Source: Bdellovibrionales bacterium | Lineage (GTDB): Bacteria > Bdellovibrionota > Bdellovibrionia > Bdellovibrionales > UBA1609 | Reading direction: 5' to 3' | DNA: 32,000 nt | NCBI GenBank assembly: GCA_965247685.1 | Contig: OZ252021.1 | Coordinates: 570,001-602,000 of the forward strand | In this document: positions 21,502-28,573 of the stretch, piece by piece | Numbering within the stretch: the first letter of the stretch is position 1 | Layout of the letters: each line of letters starts with the position of its first letter | The notes under the pieces: generated by a model | The model's database searches: none | What the model saw: the letters and a program-made list of their open reading frames with translations, nothing else | Told to the model about the DNA's origin: nothing | Program-made: the position numbers and the translations under genes

Positions 21502-21643
21502 ATTTAAGTTCCTTTCATGTAAGTCTTCACATTCATCTGTTCGGAGATTTTTTAGATGAGCTTTAGAAAATATGAAAAATAAGAATAAAAGAATAATTAA
21601 TAAAGAATAAAATGAAATAAATGTCGGGCTAAAGTAACTATTT

Positions 21644-23584
21644 TTATGGATTTAAGGAGATAATAGCTTTTTCTTTAATACTAAAGTTGGTAATAGGATA
21701 AATAAACTCCCTGTTTTTGGATATTGTAATACTTCCAATAGGAGATTCGAAACTTCTTAGTTTGGATAAATTTTCTTGAAGTTCTTCTCTGGAATCACTT
21801 CCAGATACGATAACTTGCCTTAAGGCTAGAGCAGACTGGTAAGAGAGGAATTCAAATAAACTAGGAGCATAGCCAAAGATAATTTTGAAATCTTGGTAAA
21901 ATGAAGATTCTTTAAATTGAGGGTGTTTTGTAATTAAAGCATCTGCAAAGATGATATTTTCTATTTGTTCTAAATCATGCTGTAGTATCTTATTGGAATT
22001 CCATATACTTGTACCTACCAAGGTCACCCCTTTTATGTCATGAAAAGCAAGATAAGGAGCTATATGATGTAAAGATTTAATGGAATCTGGAATAAATAAA
22101 GCTGTAAAGTCTACAACAGGAGGGAGCAAGTTTCTTAGTTGTTTATTACTCCTATAAGATCTTTTTTTAGAAAACCAGTTTTTTAGTTTTTCACGATATT
22201 TTTCATCTCGATCCGTAACATAGTAAAGTCCTGTTAATCTTTTTATAGGATTACTAAAATCTGTTTCTCCTTGTTTATAAGTTTGAGCTCCTTTAACTTT
22301 CCCCCCTTTTGATGAAACATAGTCCCAGAATAAGTTGCTATACTCGACTCCAAAGCGATCATTGGGATAGAGAATAGCAAAATCTTTATGTCCTTGTTGA
22401 TCCATCAAATAGTCGACAAGATGTTGAATAATATGTTTATTATTGATGGAGTTTTGAAAAATAAAAGGTTTATCTTTAGTGAGTTCAGATTTTTGAGCAA
22501 GTAAAATGGAAGGTGTCATAAAGTCCTGAGATACTTCAGCTAAGTTTGTAGCGACTTGAGATACTATTCCTCCTACTAAACCGATCACTTGGTGATTTAA
22601 GACAAGATCCTTGACTGTTTCTCTTATAAGTTGAGGGTGACCTTTAGAATCCATGACAACTAATTCAAATTCAGAAGGATTTGTATCGTGTAATCCTAAA
22701 CCAAGCTGTAATCCATTAAGACATCGCTCTCCTATCCTTTGATAAGAACCTGTTAAAGGTAAAATAGCTCCTATTCTTTGAGGTCGTACTCTTGTTCTTG
22801 TTGTTAAAGCTTGAATATATTGATGGGCAGCTTTTTCTAATGGAGAATTATCTTTTGTTTGAATTAAAAGTTTTTGGAAATAATCTAAAGCTTTTCTAAA
22901 TTTTTTTTCTTTCATTAAGTTTTTAGCTGAGGCGAAGATGAGCCATTGATTTAAAGCAATCAAATGATTTTCTTTGATGAGTGAATCTACTTCATTTGTT
23001 CTTAATTTTAGAATGATATTTTGAGATTGTTTTTGTGCCTTCTGCCTTTTTTCCAAAGAAGGCTCATATAAGATAATCTGATTTAGAATTCTCAATTTTT
23101 CTATTAGATGATCAGGTTTATAAGTTGCTAAAATTTTCCATTGGAAATAAAGGCTTTTGAGGTATTGTTGAGAAGGGTATTCTTCTGTTACTTCTTTCAG
23201 TTTCTCTAGTGCTAGGCCATATTGTTGAGTTTTATAATGAATAAAAGCACTATTTAATTTGGATTGAACTAAGGTGTCCTCTTTGTTTAACAATTCTTCT
23301 TTTTTAAAAAGCTTTAAAGCTTTTTCGTATTTTTTTTGTTTTAAAAACTGAATTCCTTCAGAAAAAAAATTTTGGACTGAATCTGTTTTTTGCTGTTGGA
23401 TTTTTTGATTTGTAACAGGTTTTTTCTTTAGATTTTGAATAGAGAAAGTATTTAAATCTAAAGATTTACAGGAGCATAAAAGTAGAATTAGGCTGCACGC
23501 TGAGAGAATAATTTTTGTGCTTGAATATTGAAAAGAGCCACTGCAGAAGGAGTATTTTTTTTGAGTTTGAATTCTTTGAACCAT
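21644..23584 (-). CDS. LpoA/LppC-like lipoprotein: TPR-like N-domain plus type I periplasmic-binding-protein domain (putative penicillin-binding protein activator)
   Basis: 646 aa. Lipobox-like LLLCSC after a hydrophobic stretch. The helical repeat region contains TPR-like segments (KYEKALKLFKK, KFRKALDYFQKL). The C-terminal Leu/Ile/Val-binding-like domain begins RIGAILPLTGSYQRIGERCLNGLQLGL. The only canonical start is ATG 23584, which overlaps the upstream gene. Confidence 0.65.
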   Translation of the reverse strand: MVQRIQTQKKYSFCSGSFQYSSTKIILSACSLILLLCSCKSLDLNTFSIQNLKKKPVTNQKIQQQKTDSVQNFFSEGIQFLKQKKYEKALKLFKKEELLNKEDTLVQSKLNSAFIHYKTQQYGLALEKLKEVTEEYPSQQYLKSLYFQWKILATYKPDHLIEKLRILNQIILYEPSLEKRQKAQKQSQNIILKLRTNEVDSLIKENHLIALNQWLIFASAKNLMKEKKFRKALDYFQKLLIQTKDNSPLEKAAHQYIQALTTRTRVRPQRIGAILPLTGSYQRIGERCLNGLQLGLGLHDTNPSEFELVVMDSKGHPQLIRETVKDLVLNHQVIGLVGGIVSQVATNLAEVSQDFMTPSILLAQKSELTKDKPFIFQNSINNKHIIQHLVDYLMDQQGHKDFAILYPNDRFGVEYSNLFWDYVSSKGGKVKGAQTYKQGETDFSNPIKRLTGLYYVTDRDEKYREKLKNWFSKKRSYRSNKQLRNLLPPVVDFTALFIPDSIKSLHHIAPYLAFHDIKGVTLVGTSIWNSNKILQHDLEQIENIIFADALITKHPQFKESSFYQDFKIIFGYAPSLFEFLSYQSALALRQVIVSGSDSREELQENLSKLRSFESPIGSITISKNREFIYPITNFSIKEKAIISLNP

Positions 23585-24381
23585 TTCTTCTCTTCCTCGG
23601 TTATTTGAGAAGGAATGTCAACAGAGATTTCTAAAATTAAGTCACCACGGCTCATTCCATCTTCAGAAAAAAAACCTTGACTGCTAAGTTTAAGTAAAGT
23701 TCCAGAAGAAACTCCTGCAGGAATCTTAACATGAGCTCGACCTGTCAAAGTTGGAACCATCATTTGTGTGCCTAAAATGGCATCGCTGACAGAAATAGGT
23801 AGAGTCATAACAAGGTGGTCTTTGCTTCTTTTAAATAGAGAGTGTTTTTTTATCGTGATTTGAATAAATAAATCACCTTTTTGCCCATGATATTGGTGAC
23901 CTTCTTGAGAAAGCTTTAATTTTTTTCCATCAACAATCCCTTTTGGAATTTTGACAGACAAGCTCTTCTCCTTTTCTTTTAAGTTATTTTTTCTGACAAA
24001 TGAAATTCGTTTTTCACATCCTATATGAGACTCTTCGAGACTGAGATTTAAATAAGCAAAAGCATCTAAAGATGGAGGAGGAGAAGGGCGGTCGGATGAA
24101 TTAGAAGAGGATTTTTTTTGATTAAAAGAATGAGCCTTTTCTTTAAAAGAATCAGATGTCTGTTTCTGGCCTTGTTTTCTTATTTGATCATATTCTGCTC
24201 TTTTTTGAGTATCTGATAACACCTGATAAGCCTCTGTAATTTGTTTAAATATTTCTGTAGCATTTTTACTTTTGTTTTTATCAGGATGAAATTTCTGAGC
24301 GAGCTTTAAATAAGCTTTTTTTATAGATGTCTGATTCGAAACAGGAGAAACTTTTAAGATATTGTAATAATCTTTCATCAT
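23488..24381 (-). CDS. J-domain co-chaperone, CbpA/class II DnaJ-like (no zinc finger)
   Basis: 297 aa. J domain with HPD (DYYNILKV...AYLKLAQKFHPDKN). An S/K/P-rich linker replaces the G/F region, and there are no CxxCxGxG repeats. DnaJ C-terminal beta-sandwich domains are present (KRISFVRKN...KIPKGIVDGKKLKL, GDLILEISVDIPSQITEEEKK). ATGATGA overlap with the grpE stop. Confidence 0.85.
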   Translation of the reverse strand: MMKDYYNILKVSPVSNQTSIKKAYLKLAQKFHPDKNKSKNATEIFKQITEAYQVLSDTQKRAEYDQIRKQGQKQTSDSFKEKAHSFNQKKSSSNSSDRPSPPPSLDAFAYLNLSLEESHIGCEKRISFVRKNNLKEKEKSLSVKIPKGIVDGKKLKLSQEGHQYHGQKGDLFIQITIKKHSLFKRSKDHLVMTLPISVSDAILGTQMMVPTLTGRAHVKIPAGVSSGTLLKLSSQGFFSEDGMSRGDLILEISVDIPSQITEEEKKWFKEFKLKKNTPSAVALFNIQAQKLFSQRAA

Positions 24382-25070
24382 TCTTCCTCTTGTTTTGAAT
24401 TTAATTTCTCAGGTTCTAAATTCGTTTTATTCTCTGAAAATTGATTAACGATAACTTGAGCAGGTTGAACTAACCTGTCATGGAGCGAGTATCCCTTTTT
24501 ACAGACTTGAAGAATCGTTTGTTCAGGTAAATTTTTATCTTGTCCTAAACTCATCACTTCATGAAAATGAGGATTAAAAGTTTCTCCTTTAGGGTTAATT
24601 TCCTTAACTCCGTATTGTTTTAGAATTTTAATGATCTTAGAATGAAGTATTTCTATTCCAGATTTGAAATCTTCAAAATCAGAATTTCTCCATTCTTTTT
24701 CCATAGCTCGATTAAAATCATTTAACACATTAAATAAAAAGTCTTGAAGAAAAGGAAATGAAGCATACTTTATAGATTGCTCTCTTTCTTTTTTTTGTAT
24801 TCTTTTGAAATTGATAAATTCTGCTTGTAAATAAGCGTAGGAGTTTTTGATTTCCTTAAGTTCTTTTTTTAGTTTCTCTAATTCTGAGTTTTTGTTAAAA
24901 AATAAAGATTTTTTTTGTTTATCCTTTGATTTTTTTGCTTGGATTTCAGAATTTTTTTCAGAATCTTTGGGTTGAGATTTTTGAACCTTGAGTTTTTCTA
25001 AATCAGGAGGAGTGAGACGAGGTTGTTTTTTAGATTTATGGGTAGAATTGGAGCTTCTTTCATTTTTCAT
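24378..25070 (-). CDS. grpE: Nucleotide exchange factor GrpE
   Basis: 230 aa. Long paired-helix region (YAYLQAEFINFKRIQKKEREQ), and a GrpE core and C-terminal beta domain (FNPHFHEVMS...GYSLHDRLVQPAQVIV). The first ~60 aa form a K/S-rich N-terminal extension. AGGGA SD. Confidence 0.9.
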   Translation of the reverse strand: MKNERSSNSTHKSKKQPRLTPPDLEKLKVQKSQPKDSEKNSEIQAKKSKDKQKKSLFFNKNSELEKLKKELKEIKNSYAYLQAEFINFKRIQKKEREQSIKYASFPFLQDFLFNVLNDFNRAMEKEWRNSDFEDFKSGIEILHSKIIKILKQYGVKEINPKGETFNPHFHEVMSLGQDKNLPEQTILQVCKKGYSLHDRLVQPAQVIVNQFSENKTNLEPEKLNSKQEEE

Positions 25071-25285
25071 TGTTTTTCCCTAAATGGTCTAAATATTTAA
25101 GTTTTTTAAAAAATTTCTACTGAAGCCCTTTTCGGACTATTTTTTTATAAACATAAAAAAGTCCTTTGAAGTGGAAAAATAAATTAAAAGAATCATGAGG
25201 ATATCACTCAAAACTAAACTTAAGTACTAATTTATTAAAAAAAGGGAGATTTTATTGAACAAAAGAATCTCAAAAACATGGTAGA

Positions 25286-25873
25286 ATGATCAACATGCTG
25301 ATTCAAAAGCATTTTAAATCTCTTTTAAATGAGAGCTTGAATCGAATGAGTCTTCAAGTATCTTTATCCGTCAGAGAGTATCTTGAAAAGTTGTTAGTTT
25401 TTTACCTCAAATCTGATCATCTATTTGAAGTGGATTCTGAATCAGGAAAAAAAACTTTAAAACCCTTTGCAGAAATTTATCTTAAAGCTCAAAATGCCCC
25501 GCTCTCAGAAAGATTGTTTTTTTTGAAACAGATTGGAGATCGGAGTCTTTATTTAGGGGGTTTTTTTAAAAGAGCTTTGCAAAAGAAAATTGTGAGCTTG
25601 GATTATTATATTAACATTGGTCAAGGAGCCTACGACTATTTAGCAGAGTATCACCAAGGGGAGACTTTTAAGGAGCTTTCCTACTCTTTTGAAGATATTT
25701 TAAATACTCTATCCTATATGTCTTCCAGACACTCTATTCGAAGCCATGAAGACTTAATGAATATTTGCTCAGAGTATTTAAGAACAGAATGTAAAGCTCT
25801 TGCTATTCAGCTCGAAGATCATGGTTTTCATATTTCATCAAATCATAAGTCTTCTTCCATTTGCTCACAATGA
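25286..25873 (+). CDS. Hypothetical protein, family not recognised (predicted soluble, mostly helical)
   Basis: 195-aa ORF with composition and codon usage like its neighbours. No TM segment or signal peptide and no motif I can assign. The SD is weak; an alternative ATG lies at 25295. It is divergent from grpE and upstream of tatA. Confidence 0.5.
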   Translation: MINMLIQKHFKSLLNESLNRMSLQVSLSVREYLEKLLVFYLKSDHLFEVDSESGKKTLKPFAEIYLKAQNAPLSERLFFLKQIGDRSLYLGGFFKRALQKKIVSLDYYINIGQGAYDYLAEYHQGETFKELSYSFEDILNTLSYMSSRHSIRSHEDLMNICSEYLRTECKALAIQLEDHGFHISSNHKSSSICSQ

Positions 25874-25913
25874 TATTATAAGAACTCTTTTTCGTTTAAA
25901 TGTTTGGTTATTA

Positions 25914-25940
25914 TTGATTTTTCCATAAAAGGAATATAAT
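25914..25940 (+). promoter_or_regulatory. Candidate tatA promoter: TTGATT-N15-TATAAT
   Basis: A perfect TATAAT at 25935-25940 ends 8 nt before the tatA ATG at 25949. TTGATT is at 25914-25919, and the 15-nt spacer is shorter than optimal. Sequence match only. Confidence 0.25.
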
Positions 25941-25948
25941 AGTTCTTT

Positions 25949-26218
25949 ATGTTTTCTTTAGGAATTTTTGAAATTTTGGCTATTTTAACTTTAGCGTTGT
26001 TGGTTTTTGGGCCTCAAAAGTTTCCTCAGCTCGCTAAAGATATCGCCCAAATTATACATAGGTTGCGTTCTGTTCAGTCCGATATTCATCAACACACTAA
26101 AACACTTAAAGACTCGACAAAAGAAATAAAAGATCAATTTAAAAAAAATATTGAAGAACCTTTAAAATCTATAGATGCTCCTTTAAGCTCTAATAAAAAA
26201 AATGTCTCAGATAAATAA
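25949..26218 (+). CDS. tatA: Twin-arginine translocase TatA/TatB-family protein
   Basis: 89 aa. Canonical N-terminal TM helix plus hinge (MFSLGIFEILAILTLALLVFGPQKFPQLAKD), followed by an amphipathic helix. It overlaps tatC by 17 nt. Confidence 0.85.
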   Translation: MFSLGIFEILAILTLALLVFGPQKFPQLAKDIAQIIHRLRSVQSDIHQHTKTLKDSTKEIKDQFKKNIEEPLKSIDAPLSSNKKNVSDK

Positions 26219-26942
26219 TTCTAAAGAACAATTTTCTTCTATGAGTTTAACTCATCATCTCAAAGAACTCAGAATACGAGTTATTTACTGTTTAATATTT
26301 TATACGATAGGGTTTTTGATTTGTTGGTATTTTGGTTCAGATATATTGAGCTTAATAACCCAGCCTATTTCTCCTTACCTGAAATATAGTTCAGGCCAGT
26401 TGGTGTTTACTGCACCAATGGATGAATTTATGTCCCGTATCAAGGTGGCATTATTTGGATCTGCTGTTCTTAATTTCCCTTTTTTTATGTTCCATATGTG
26501 GAAATTTTGTGCTTCAGGACTTTATTCCTCCGAAAGAAAGATACTAATTTTTCTTAATGTGGTCGGGAGTTTGTTATTCTTTTTAGGAGTTCTTTTTATC
26601 TATTTTATTGTTTATCCTCTGTCTTTTGGGTTTTTGATGCAGATGGGATCTTTAATCCCTTTGATTTCAGTTAGAGAATATTTATCCTTTTTTATGCTGA
26701 CTACTTTTGTTTTTGGTCTCTTATTTGAAATTCCGCTCATTATTATTGGTTTAGTAAAACTTCAACTTATTACTCCTTCCCAGCTTAAAAAAGGAAGAAA
26801 ATATGCCTTTGTATTATTAGCTGTAGTTGCTGCTTTAGTGACCCCTCCAGATGTTTTAAGTATGTTGTTTTTACTCCTTCCACTTTATTTACTTTATGAA
26901 GGAAGTATTTTCGCAACAGCTTTTTTAAGAAAAGGTCAATAA
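26202..26942 (+). CDS. tatC: Twin-arginine translocase subunit TatC
   Basis: 246 aa. Six predicted TM segments, with a TatC N-terminal signature (MSLTHHLKELRIRVIY) and a conserved C-terminal block (LAVVAALVTPPDVLS). Confidence 0.93.
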   Translation: MSQINNSKEQFSSMSLTHHLKELRIRVIYCLIFYTIGFLICWYFGSDILSLITQPISPYLKYSSGQLVFTAPMDEFMSRIKVALFGSAVLNFPFFMFHMWKFCASGLYSSERKILIFLNVVGSLLFFLGVLFIYFIVYPLSFGFLMQMGSLIPLISVREYLSFFMLTTFVFGLLFEIPLIIIGLVKLQLITPSQLKKGRKYAFVLLAVVAALVTPPDVLSMLFLLLPLYLLYEGSIFATAFLRKGQ

Positions 26943-26948
26943 AAAGAG

Positions 26949-28247
26949 CTATTTTTGATGTTCAAAAAAATGGCGGCCATAAACTCGAGGAAAAGGAATA
27001 GATTCTCTTACATGATCTAAGTTGCATACCCAGCAAATAAAACGTTCTATACCTAAACCAAAACCAGAGTGTTCAAAAGTTCCATATCTCCTTAAATCCA
27101 GATACCATTCGAAATCTTTTTGATCGAGTTGATGTTTTTTTATTGCGTTCAATAACACATCTAACTGTTCTTCTCTTTGTCCTCCTCCAACGATTTCTCC
27201 ATATCCGTTGGGAGCTAATAAATCACAATTGAGACAATACTGCTCCTCGTTTGGATCTTGTTTCATATAAAAAGCTTTTATTTCAGTAGGATAATGGTGA
27301 ATAAATAAAGGTTTATCAAAAAATGAGCTTAATATTGTTTCATCTCCACCTCCAAAATCTGATCCAGCTTTAAAATCAGGATTTTTCTTTAACAAATATT
27401 CCACAGCTTCTTTGTAATGGAGACGAGGGAAAGGAGCTTTTACTTTTTTTAGTGCTGAGATATTAGCATTCAAAAACTTTAATTCAGCTTCTGCATTCTT
27501 GAGTAGATGTTGAGTGATAAAAACAATAAAATCTTCTATGCAATCCATGTTTTGATTCAGATCACAAAATGCCATTTCGGCTTCACACATCCAAAATTCC
27601 ATCAGGTGTCTTCGAGTGCTTGATTTTTCTGCCCTAAAAGTAGGGCTCATGCAATAAACTTGATTAAACCCTGCGCTCATAGCCTCTAAGTACATCTGTC
27701 CACTTTGGCTTAAAAAAAGAGGGTTATGCCAGTCACTTTTTATTTCAAATAAAGTGGAAGTGCCCTCACATGCTATTGGAGTGAAGATAGGAGGATCAGT
27801 GAGTGTAAAATTTCTGGTGTTAAAAAATAAATGTATAGCTTGAGTGATATAATGGCGAATACGAAGAATGGCATGAGGCCTTTTGGATCGCACCCATAAA
27901 TGCCTAAGGTTCATTAAAAAATCAATACCATGTTCTTTTTTCGTAATAGGATAAGGTTCAGCATTAGAAAGAATTTGAAAATCAGATATAAGAATTTCAA
28001 AAGAATCTTTCCACTTTTGAACTTTACCAAATATCTTTACAGTACTTTCAGTCGTTAATTTTTCAAAGAGGTTAAATAGATTTTGAGTTTGCTCACTATA
28101 AGTTAAAATACACTGTGCGATTCCTGTTCCATCTCTCAAAAGGATAAAACGAACCTTTCCACTCGACCTTAAATTATAGATCCATCCTATAAGTTGAATA
28201 TTTTGATCAACATGTTGATCAAGATCAAAAATGTGAATTTTTTTCAT
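26949..28247 (-). CDS. asnS: Asparagine--tRNA ligase
   Basis: 432 aa. Class IIb OB-fold N-domain (LIGWIYNLRSSGKVRFILLRDGTGIAQC). Motif 2 is of AsnRS type (FRAEKSSTRRHLMEFWMCEAEMAF). Motif 3 is GFGLGIERFICWV...IPFPR. Confidence 0.92.
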   Translation of the reverse strand: MKKIHIFDLDQHVDQNIQLIGWIYNLRSSGKVRFILLRDGTGIAQCILTYSEQTQNLFNLFEKLTTESTVKIFGKVQKWKDSFEILISDFQILSNAEPYPITKKEHGIDFLMNLRHLWVRSKRPHAILRIRHYITQAIHLFFNTRNFTLTDPPIFTPIACEGTSTLFEIKSDWHNPLFLSQSGQMYLEAMSAGFNQVYCMSPTFRAEKSSTRRHLMEFWMCEAEMAFCDLNQNMDCIEDFIVFITQHLLKNAEAELKFLNANISALKKVKAPFPRLHYKEAVEYLLKKNPDFKAGSDFGGGDETILSSFFDKPLFIHHYPTEIKAFYMKQDPNEEQYCLNCDLLAPNGYGEIVGGGQREEQLDVLLNAIKKHQLDQKDFEWYLDLRRYGTFEHSGFGLGIERFICWVCNLDHVRESIPFPRVYGRHFFEHQK

Positions 28248-28377
28248 TATTACCTTTTATAAACTTCATTATAAGTATTAAATTGGATTAAGAAAAATAT
28301 TTTTTATTAGCACTCTAAAATATAATTTTTACAGCTATCTATATAAATATCTATAATAACAGTATTTTTATGGAAAT

Positions 28378-28429
28378 GTAAATAAAAATTGACAAAAGGT
28401 TTAGTAAATAAAAATTGACAAAAGGTTTA
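28378..28429 (+). repeat. Perfect 26-bp tandem direct repeat (2 copies): GTAAATAAAAATTGACAAAAGGTTTA
   Basis: Read directly. Unit 1 is 28378-28403 and unit 2 is 28404-28429, identical at all 26 positions. Each contains a consensus TTGACA. The repeat is in the asnS-rho divergent intergenic region. Confidence 0.95.
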
Positions 28430-28444
28430 AATGATACTTAGAAT
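28415..28444 (+). promoter_or_regulatory. Candidate sigma70-type promoter for rho: TTGACA-N18-TAGAAT
   Basis: TTGACA at 28415-28420 (inside repeat unit 2), an 18-nt spacer, and TAGAAT at 28439-28444. This would give a leader of about 125 nt before the rho ATG. Sequence match only. Confidence 0.4.
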
Positions 28445-28573
28445 AGGAGAATCAGTATTTTCTTAATTCCAGTAAAGATTTTAGAGAGAGTTTGGATCGA
28501 TAGTTTTAATAGTGTCTTGCTGTTATTTAATCAAATTAAAAAATAATATTTCAAAAATTAAATAAGGTTATTT

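Noticed and set aside
21560-21640. AT-rich stretch upstream of lon with three copies of AGAATAA and a weak inverted repeat, TCATCT-N15-AGATGA (21532-21558)
   Set aside because: The repeats are short, irregularly spaced and of low complexity. I found no sigma32-like CTTGAAA/CCCCAT pair. It may be curved or UP-element DNA, but nothing specific can be supported.
28307-28315. TTAGCACTC, an exact left half of the CIRCE heat-shock operator (TTAGCACTC-N9-GAGTGCTAA), in the asnS-rho intergenic region
   Set aside because: The required inverted right half is absent: 9 nt downstream the sequence reads ATTTTTACA. The site is not upstream of a chaperone gene. I also found no CIRCE upstream of grpE or lon, so this is a chance half-site.
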